A DNA stretch of 64,000 nucleotides, from assembly GCF_009914755.1 (NCBI RefSeq), contig NC_060930.1; one strand, given 5' to 3'. The DNA comes from the human T2T-CHM13v2.0 reference genome, Homo sapiens. Positions within the stretch are counted from its first letter, which is position 1. Each line of letters opens with the position of its first letter. Below are positions 53,791 through 64,000 of the stretch, in pieces. The notes beneath the pieces are model-generated. The model did no database searches, was not told where the DNA came from, and was given only the letters and a program-made list of their open reading frames with translations. A program made the translations under genes and the position numbers.

Positions 53791-55628
53791 TTGCTCTAAT
53801 TTACTAGTGACAGCTCAAAAGTGAAATCCAATCCAAATCCAATAGTGAAAATCCGTCTTCATCCTACTTGACTACTCTTCAGTGAATCTCATACTTTGTC
53901 AAGCTTGCCCCTCGCTCAGCATCTAGAACTTCATTCACTTGTATCTCTTCACACTTCCAAGATTATTGGTTTTTTGTCTTTTTGGGGAGCCCTTCTTGAG
54001 TTTAAGCTAACTAAAGTAGAAACAATATCTTCTCAATCACAATATAACCTACCACTTACAATACATTTTCGAACAAAATAGGTGTGTTTATTTAAATGAA
54101 TGGATTTTTAAAAATGAATTAATATCAGAAATAAAAGGAAATGGTTTCTCATCTAGCTCATTGTTGAGGTATAGAAATGAGATTGATGGAAATTCAGTGA
54201 CTAGTCCATGGTCACAGAGTCAATTACCAACAGAAATGGAACAGGAGCTGAGGTCTCCTTCATGCAAATTCTACATTCTCTTCTTATACCACCACAAAAT
54301 AAATGCAAATATTTTTTCCCTAGTAAACCTCCACAGAGTTAAAGTCATGCCTATTTTATCTGAAATCCCATAGGAGACTAGAAATTGAAAAAATCCAAAG
54401 CTGCCATGTCATCTAAATCATTCTTTATTCATACAAATATGTGTATTAAAAATATACCTCTAAGACGCCTAGTTCATAATGCCACTATGTATTAAGCCTT
54501 TTTAATTATTCCTCCAAATATGTTTTTTCTTATTTCCTTGGCTTTTTTTCCAAAATGAAACTACACTTTACTAATCTTACTGCTTTTATTTTAGAAATAA
54601 GCCCAAATCACTTGGCTAGTTTGCCAAACAGTGGAAGGGCTACAATGAATCAGAGAGTAATGTTTGTCCCTTAAGCCATTGAGTCACTTCAGAGGATCAT
54701 CTTAAGAAACATTAGAATCATAGAATCTTCTCATTAAAAGGGACTAGCAAGGTCATCTACCTTGAAATTTCTCTAAAGCTGTAATTCATCAATGACCATT
54801 TACTTTGTAATAGATCATAGTTCTGAAGCTCTGCTGCAATTCTTCTCATTTCTCTCAGTGCAAGCTGGTGTTTTCTTCTCCAAAAGGCTCTATATTTCAT
54901 AGGAGTGATTGATTAGTTGGTTTTTCAGAGCAAAACAGTCTGAATTCAATCCTTTCTTTGCCACTTAATAGCTATGCAATCTTGGGCAAATGTACTAATA
55001 CCTCTAAATCTTAGTATTTCTCATTTCTAAAACAGAGATGCTTAATCACATAACAAAAGTAGGAGAAGCTACGATCATGCTGTATAGTAGCAAAGCTTCA
55101 ATAAGTAGTAATCATCATTGTATAGTAAACAATTACTTGAGAATTCTCTCTCCCCATCATGTTCCCTTGCTGGCAATTTCTTGATGCTGGTTTTAATTCT
55201 CTAACTTCTTTCAAGTTCATTTCTTCTCTCTAGAGATTTTTCCCTCTCTCCATTGAGCTTGAGCACAGAGGAGCTTTTGTAAGCTTTTATGTTCTCCACT
55301 CTAAGGTTTCCCAACTTCCATGTAGAGTTTACATTAAATAGTCATCATCTCAGACACAAAGACAAATTAAGCATTTGCTAGGGGGGTGCATAGGAAGGTA
55401 TCCATACCAGTACTTCATATGTCCTAGACCTTGAATCAGACAAATTGCCTCATGTTCTCCCTTGAAAATTTCACATGGAAATTTCCACGGCTGCCAGATT
55501 TTTAGGTGTCTAATTTTGTGGAGGACCTCAAAGTTCTGATTTTAAATCTATTAGATGGCTTCCCTTTCCTTGGTTCTTCCTGCCAAAAGTCACTGTCAAG
55601 CCTGGTCCCCCTTGGAAAACATAGGAGC

Positions 55629-55716
55629 ATATATACATATGTATATGTACATATACATACACATATATACATACACATACATATATACCTGTATATACAC
55701 ACACATACACACACAT
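55629..55716. repeat. (CATATA)n/(CA)n-like microsatellite
   Basis: Visible run. Confidence 0.9.
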
Positions 55717-57404
55717 AACACCAGTCAACTTTTACAGGAGTGTGGCTCTTCTAAGATATTTGCCCAGGGCTTGGGATTTCAATTAAATGATCTTATTGCC
55801 ATACTTATCAGTCAATGCTTAGGTGTCATGCATCTACTTTGCTATCTCGGTGCTCCAAAGCTTTGTGAATTTCTTGATCATTATCCACCATATCTTCCAA
55901 TGAAAAGTTTATTTATATCAAAAGTTGTGTGATTCCAGTCTTATTTCTGGTATGAATTCCACTTATGAATGAATGAGAAAGAAAGCTAGTAGATGGCCCA
56001 AAGCAAATTTGCAAAGTCTTCTGTCTCTCTTTCCATTTCCTGTGTGTGCCTGTCCTCCCTTTGTTGTTCTCATTCCAGTTTACCTTAATTCCATGAGCAT
56101 TTTTCCACCTCCTCCCTCCAGACAGAGACTTGTCCTTCTGTAGTTCCACTTGTTTTTATTTCCTGTGGTTACCTGCATCTTTCTTGAGTAAAATTTGGAC
56201 GCAAAAGGGATTTGAAAAAGTCCATGCTTAGTAATACCACTTCTGGGAATTTACTCTAAAGAAACAAATCATGAGAAGTAAAAAGTCATTCTGACAAAGA
56301 AATTTATAATATTTACAATGATAAACTGAAACAATCTAAATATCATAGTATATATCAACCAGATGGAATGTTATGTGGCTTTTATAAAATTCAAGGCTTT
56401 GCAGTAACAAAAAACTGAGTGAAATAATATTATGGAAAATATATAATGTAAAATTATATTACATATAATTAGAACAATTTCATTTCACAGAAAAAATATT
56501 AATGCTAGTATAAGCACCTTAATAAGGTTGTACTCAAATAGTTTGCCCTTTTTTTCATGTTAATTTCTGTTGATAAAATATTGATGCCTAATACTTTCAT
56601 CTATTATGAGTCAGGAATTTTTCTAAGGCCTTTCCATGCATTTAATTTTTACATCTCATTTAATCTTCATAATAATTCCCTAATGAAAGTGACAAAATAT
56701 GTCCATTTTACAGATGAATTCAAAGAAGATCAGGCACAAAGAACTAACTTGTTCAACTAGCTAATTTAGAATTTAATCCAGGTAGTCTATCACCAGAATC
56801 CATTCTTTTAATCATAATACTGTGCTAACTCTGATGTTTACATTGGTTTATAAATGTATTCTTTTTGTCAAATTAGTTAGAAAAAAATAACACTAATTTA
56901 TTTAAGCTATAATTTGACAATGTTTTTAAAAGTGTTAATATGTCATGGTAATGATATCAACACACACACAAGCAATGCACTGATTTCAACTGTGTAAAAC
57001 CCCACCTGACTCTATTTATATTAATTACTGGTTGAAATAAAAAATCTAGGAAGGAGAACAGGGTCACCCTGATAGAATTAAATTAATATTTTCATTTAAA
57101 TCCATTTAATATTATTATCATATTGTGTGAAATAGAAAAACAAAAAATAAAATAAACAAAACAAAAACTTGCCTATTGTGAGGTCTATTTCCATGAAGAT
57201 TTATAGGGAAAAGATTTGAAGAAGCCAATTTTTTTCTGAGGACCAGAAAATCAAGATCCAGTTTCAATAATGATAGCAATATTCAGTGAATTATAGATTA
57301 CCAAATTCAATATCATATAAGTTTGATTCTAATGAGGTAAAACAAGGAATATTTTCTCTACAATTTACGTATAAATAAAGCTATTATTGCCCACTCATCT
57401 GAGA

Positions 57405-59452
57405 ATTTTTTTTTACTTTTCCTTTTAATAAATTTTTTTGGGGGATTCAGTGGGTATATGTGCAGGGTTGTTACATGGGTATATTATGTGATGCTGAGGT
57501 TTGGGATACAGATGGTCCCATCAACCAGGTGGTAAGCGTAGTACCCAATACGTAGTTTTTCAGCCCATACACCCCTGTCTAGCAGTCCCAGGTGCCTACT
57601 GTTCTCATCTTTATGTTTATGTGTATTCAATGTTTAGCTCCCACTAATAAATGAGAACATGTGGTATTTGGTTTTCTGTTCTTGTGTTAATTTGCTTAGG
57701 ATAATGGCCTCCAGCTGCATCCATGTTGCTGCAAAGGACGTGATTTTCTTCTTTTTATGGCTGCATAGTATTGTATGGTGTACAATTTCTTTATCCAATT
57801 CACTATTGTTGGGCATCTAGGTTGATTCCATATCTTTGCTATTATGAGCAGTGTTGTAATGAATATGTGATTGCATGTGTCTTTTTGATAGAATGAATTA
57901 TTTTCCTTTGGGTATATACCCAGTAGTGGCACTGCTGGGTTGAATGGTAGTTCTGCTTTAAGTTCTTTGAGAAATCTCCAAACTGCTTATACAGTGGCTG
58001 AACTAGTTTGCATTCCTATCAAAAGCATTTCTTTTCTATGCAGCTTTGTCAGCATCTGTTTGTTTGTTTTTTTTTTTGACTTTTTAGTAATAGCCATTCT
58101 GACTGGTGTGAGATAGCATCTCTTTGTGGTTCTCATTTACATTTCTCTGATAATTAGTTATGTTGAGCATTTTTTCATATGTTTATTGGTTGCTTGTAGG
58201 TCTTCTTTTGAGAAGTATCTGTTCATGTCCTTTGCCTATTTTTAAATTGGATTATTGTTTTGCTTGTTGATTTGTTTAAGTTTCTTGTAGATTCTAGATT
58301 CTGGATATTAGATCTTTGTCAAATGTATAGTTTGCAAATATTTCCTCCCATTCTGTAGGCTGTCTGTTCATTCTGTTGGTAATTTTTTTTTTTTTTTTTT
58401 TGCTATGCAGAACTCTTTAGTCTAATTAGGTGCCACTTGTCAATTTTTGTTTTTGTTGCACTTGCTTTTGGGGACTTAGTCATATATTTTTTGCCAAAGC
58501 CCATGACAAGAAGGATATTTCCTAGGTTGTCTTCCAGAATTTTTATAGGTTGAGGTCTTACATTTAAATCCTTAATCCATTTTAAGATTTGTATATGGTG
58601 AGGGTAGGGGTCAGGTTCTTTCTGCATATGGCTACCCAGTTATCCCAGCACTATTTATTGAAAGCGAGTCCTTTCTCTATTGCTTATTTTTGTCGATTTT
58701 GTTGAAGATCAGATGATTTTGCATGTGCGGGTTTATTTCTTGGTCTTATTCTGTTCCATTGGTCTATGTGTCTGTTTTTGAACCAGTGTCATGCTGTTTT
58801 GATTACTGTAGCCTTAGAGTATAGTTTGAAGTCAGGTAATGTGATGCCTCTAGTTTGTTCTTCTTTCTTAGGATTGCTTTGTCTATTCAGGCATTTTTTG
58901 GGGTTTCATATTAATTTTAGGATAGATTTTGTTTAATTCTGTAAACATTGGGGTTGGTAATTTAATCTGTAGATTGCTTTGGGCAATATAGCCATTTTAA
59001 GATACTGATTCTTTAAATCCATGAGTATGGAATTTTTTCCATTTGTTTGTGTCATCTCTGATTTATTTCAGCAGTGTTGTGTAGTTATCCTTATGGAGAC
59101 CTTTAACCTCCTTGGTTAGATGTATTTCTATGTATGTGTGTGGAGTCGGAGAGATGGGGGTGTGTGGGGGTTGGGTGTGTGGCTATTGTAAATGGGATTG
59201 TGTTCTTGATTTGTCTTTAAGCTAGAACATTATTAGTGTACAGAAATGCTACTGATTTTTGTACGTTGGTTTTATATCCTGAAACTTTACTGAAGTCATT
59301 TGTCGGTTCCAAGGTCCCTTAGGCAGAGTCTTCAGGGTCTTCTAGGTAATAGAATTATATTGTCAGCAAAGAGAGATGGTTTAACTTCATCTTTTCCTAT
59401 TTGGATGTCTTTTATTTCATTATCTTGCCTGATTGCTCTGGTTAGGATTTCT
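57405..59452 (-). mobile_element. L1PA/PB-like 3' ~2 kb
   Basis: Minus-strand ORFs 57634..57932 and 58403..58627 are L1 ORF2 fragments ([26 protein letters not shown]). Confidence 0.9.
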
Positions 59453-59705
59453 CAATAACACTTGAAATTATCTTTTAAGCCTTAGTAGAGTTTTATTTAA
59501 AAAAGAATTTTACTTTACTATTTTCTAACCTCTTTAGGTTAAATTGAACATATTTACAAATGAAAGTACTCTAAATTTTTAGTGTTTATAAAGTATTACA
59601 TCTTCATTTGCTAGTAGAATCTCAAGATTCTCTTCTGAATGAGTGTACTCACCATTGTCTAAATACTTTTTAATGCTTATGTTGCATAATTTCCCTGATG
59701 AGAAT

Positions 59706-60064
59706 TGATATGGTTTGGCTGTGTCCCCACCCAAATCTCCTCTTGAATTCCCACATGTTGTGGGAGACACCCAGTAGGAGGTGATTGAATCATGGGGGCA
59801 GGTTTTCCCATGCTGTTCTCATGATAGTGAATAAGTCTCATGAGATCTGATGTTTTTTAAAAATGGGAGTTTCCCTGCACAAGGTTCTCTCTCTTTGCCT
59901 GCAAACATCCACTTAAGATGTGACTTGCTCCTCCTTGCCTTCCACCATGATTGTGAGGCCTTCCCAGCCATGTGGAACTGTAAGTGCAATTGAACCTTTT
60001 TTTTTTTGTAAATTGCCCAGTCTCGGGTATGTCTTTATCAGCAGTGTGAAAATGGACTAATACA
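59706..60064 (+). mobile_element. THE1A/B-like complete solo LTR
   Basis: tgatatggtttggc...ggactaataca; near-TSD agaat/aaaat. Confidence 0.92.
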
Positions 60065-60716
60065 AAAATTATATAAGTTATTTAATATAGATAAACTTCT
60101 AGTGAGCAGCTTCTTTTGACTGTGTACATCCTGCTTGATTCACAGGGGGCAATAACAATTCTGGCTCCTTTCCAACATTTGAGCTCCTGGACCTACATGA
60201 AAGGTGTGGGAATTGGAGAAACAGTTACAGGCCACACTAAGATCTCTGAAATCCAGACACTTCACTATAGCAGAAATGTTTGCTGTGAGTCTGAACAGTA
60301 AGGACATAAAACTGAAAGTTCTACCTGATGAAGTACAGAATGTTTTGTTGTTTATTTCTTTGAGTAATTCAGCTCTTTCTAAACTGAAGAGTGAAGGAAT
60401 ACTTAGTAAAATCACATCAGAGGAGAAGACCACTGTTTTATGTGTTTCTAAAAAAAAAAAAAAGAAAAGCAATTAGTGTTGTCCTTGAATTAGTTTATCA
60501 ATCATGCGTATTAAAAAAAAAAATAAGAGGCTCAATCAGAAGCTAACTTTGCCCTTGCACAGAGCACTACGAAAAACCAGATTTTAATTTATTAGAGGAA
60601 AACATTATTCTTCAATTTATCATGCAAATTCAAAATTTCATTATAACCAAGAGAAAACAGAGTTTCTGAATGATCTTAGAGCTGCTGTCAGTGAATTCAA
60701 TCTATGAAATTGATAA

Positions 60717-61176
60717 TAAAGATTTTTTGTTTCATTTTTAACTTTTTATGAATAAAAAGCTTAAGTCACAACCATGAATACTGAATCAACACATAATACA
60801 TTTCCCTAGATTTTTTTCCAAGCATTTAGAAAGCTTCAAGGCTTTGATTATTTCATTTGAAACCTGGAAGTACCTATTGAATAATCAAATTTTTAAAATT
60901 TGGCATTCCTTTTGCTGTCATCTGGCTTTTATAGTTTCTGTTAAGAAATCACCCATCAGCCTGGTTGTTATTCCCTTGAAAGTAATCTATTCCTTCTCTT
61001 TGTCAGATAATTGTTTGTTTGTTTTTCTGCTTCATATTTCTTTTTCTATTTTAAAGATATATAAAGATTTTGTATATAAAAAATCTAGGGAAATGTATTA
61101 TGTGTTGATTCAGTATTCATGGTTGTGACTTAAGCTTTTTATTCATAAAAAGTTAAAATTGAAAGAAAAATCTTTA
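60717..61176. repeat. Long inverted repeat: ~100-bp arms (81-bp perfect core) with 261-bp spacer
   Basis: 60736-60816 is the exact reverse complement of 61078-61158. Confidence 0.97.
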
Positions 61177-63602
61177 TATTAACTGTTTATAGTTCAGGAG
61201 ACCAAGAATCTTAAATCATGTGTCTATTTCTAGCAGCTTAGTACACATTTCACTAACTCTTTCCCTGAAAGAAATAAAGAAAAAAACTAAAATTATTGGA
61301 TAAAATATTTAAAATTTTTTGAATACATTAATGAGCTGATAAAAGAGTGAGAAATCTCTGATGTGAAGTACTTTAAAACATTCACTTGAAAATCACATTC
61401 AGTGGAAAGTTTTGATAAATTCATAGCAATCTATGCACCCAAACTGGGAGCTTCATCTCCTGAATGACTAGATGGAATGTAAACTCCATTTTCTGTTACC
61501 ATATAGTTCTTCAGTTATTCGTTTGATGGCTTTAACAAAATAACAAGGGAGCCACACACATCGATTTTCTTTTTTGTATTGTAAATCCTCAGGGCAGGTC
61601 GGTGGGCAGTTCTCAGAACTGTTTGCAGGTAGCTCTTTTCATTTTGCAACTTGATTGTGCGATTCAACTGTTCTGTTAAACTCATACAGAGAGGGCTACA
61701 GGAGTAAGGATAGTATTTGATTAAAATCCTATCTAATATTTATTAATTATGTGATCTTTGCAATTATTTTGAATCCAATTTCCTCTACTGTAAAATTATG
61801 ATAACTCCTTCGTCGTGGTATTGTTTTAAGGATCAAACAATATATGGTTTGGAAAGCACCATGCCTACTGCATGGTAAAAATATTTAACAGATGTTAATT
61901 TGTCACTGTCATATGGAATCTAAGATGATTTTCAAAATAGAGCTCAATGATGTAAAAATTATTCTTTTTCCTTTGTATTAATAGAAAAAATCCTATTTTA
62001 TGTTTGCTAAAAAATATTAAAATATATTACATTAAAAAGGAACTCTTGAAAGTACAATTCAGACTTCAGGAAGGAGTATTTCTTATAATGTCAAAAAGTT
62101 GTATTTTATCTATTCCCCACTCACTCTGAGTAAAGTAATCAGACTCTATTATGAGAGAGAATAAAAAAATCGGGGTGTGCAGGAAAAAGAATAAAATGAG
62201 TAAAAGTTTTGAGACCATCTTGTTAATAAACTCCATTGGAATACAAGTAGTAATATGCAAACAGAAAATGAAATATGAGCTACAATTGCAAATAATAACC
62301 ATTTACATATTTTGCAGAGTTTTCTATAATATTCTATTATCATAGACTAGCATTAAGATCAAGACCTTGAAAAATACCAGGAAAAAAAAACACTAAATAA
62401 ACTATAGATTGGTTAAAAAAATCATAATTCAGAAAACAGAGGATTAATAGTTAAAGTATAAGTTTTAAGAGATGAAAAACTTAGACTAGAAAGAAGTAAC
62501 CAAAAGTTGGAGAAATGCCAATTAAATTAGCAAGATATGCTTTCTACCAATCAGACTATTTAAAAATACTTTAAAAATTTGTATTGCTGACAGAGATCAG
62601 GTGAAGATTATTATAATACATTGCCGTTACAGGATATGTAGCAGCTTTGGGTGCAGAAATATATAACCTATTAAGTTAAAAATCATTTGTCTTTTAATCT
62701 GAAAACCCCACTTCTAGAAATATATTCCATAGGAGTCAAAGTACCAGGATACAACATTGCTCACAGTGATAAAGCACTTCAACAACGGAATGACTGAACA
62801 AATTATGGCATAAGCATGCAGTGAAACATCATGCATACATTATACCATGTATTCATTAATAAGAACAAATCATTTCACTTGGATAGCTTTCCACAAAGAG
62901 TTGTTGAATATGAAAAGATGCAGATGGGGATGTAAAATCTTATTCTGTTTTAGAAAAGAAAACATGGAGAAAGTATAGACTGCTATATACTAGGATGTCA
63001 CATGAGTTACCAGTGGAGGGGAGTGTGAAGAGGGTGGCTCCGGAAAGAAGAGGCAGCAAGCCAAACAAAAATGGAGACAAGAAATAGACTGCTACGCTAA
63101 TTTCTATAAATGTTTGTAAGCACTTTTATCTAAAGTTAGATGCATGTGTCTGTAATAAAAATTTTAAAATTAATCAGAAACAGCTCTCTAACCCCAAAGT
63201 ATCTCCAGTCCCCGAATTTGGAAGTCTTATGTGGTTTAGCTGCTGAACAGCAACTCCTTCCTCCATTTTCATTTCCAGTTTAAAACATGGAGAAATCGTT
63301 GGTGAGATGTAGTGATAGGAGGTAAATAAGTGTGCTCCTCAGTTCTAAATTCAAAGGATATATTTGCCAACTTCTTCATCTATCAGAATGATTTTATTAA
63401 TTTACACTTCACTTCAAACATACCACGAAGAATCTGACTGACCCTGACAAATCTAGGGGGTTGGAAGGGAGTGCATTTTGTTATTAATGGACTCAAAGAA
63501 GAATATTTGTAAGCAAGGGTCCACGTTCCCTTTTTCTCTTAAAATTAGTACTAGTTTTCCATGAAATATGAACAAAACAGAAACAATAATTGAGATTCAT
63601 GA

Positions 63603-63992
<390 letters not shown>

Positions 63993-64000
63993 GAGAGGCA

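Noticed and set aside
60110-60465. Processed pseudogene ending in an A-run
   Set aside because: No recognisable protein similarity, poly(A) signal or TSD.
60717-61176. Active MITE with long terminal inverted repeats
   Set aside because: No recognisable transposon ends and no unambiguous TSD (the terminal TA is part of the palindrome). Human DNA transposons are long extinct. Kept as an unexplained inverted repeat.

Overview
Human (primate) genomic DNA containing the complete VIP gene (vasoactive intestinal peptide) on the + strand, about 6116-15085. It has 7 exons and a spliced 513-nt CDS encoding the 170-aa prepro-VIP/PHM-27. The window also holds 6 kb of upstream regulatory DNA (TATA, CRE, STAT/AP-1/Smad cytokine element, RE-1 in exon 1) and about 49 kb of downstream, repeat-rich sequence without recognisable genes (Alu, L1, L2, MaLR/ERVL LTRs, MER DNA transposons, microsatellites). 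Nearly all entries in the ORF track are spurious or repeat-derived. I see no new multi-gene system. The most notable items are: (1) an 81-bp perfect inverted repeat around a 261-bp spacer at 60.7-61.2 kb; (2) the upstream VIP tissue-specifier region apparently lying in a MER44/Tigger7 DNA transposon; (3) matching NAGNAG acceptors on exons 5 and 6 that each toggle one Ser; (4) an Alu with a twin-priming-type 5' inversion; and (5) a 3'UTR intron just inside the NMD-escape distance. Repeat subfamily names and boundaries were assigned by eye and are approximate.
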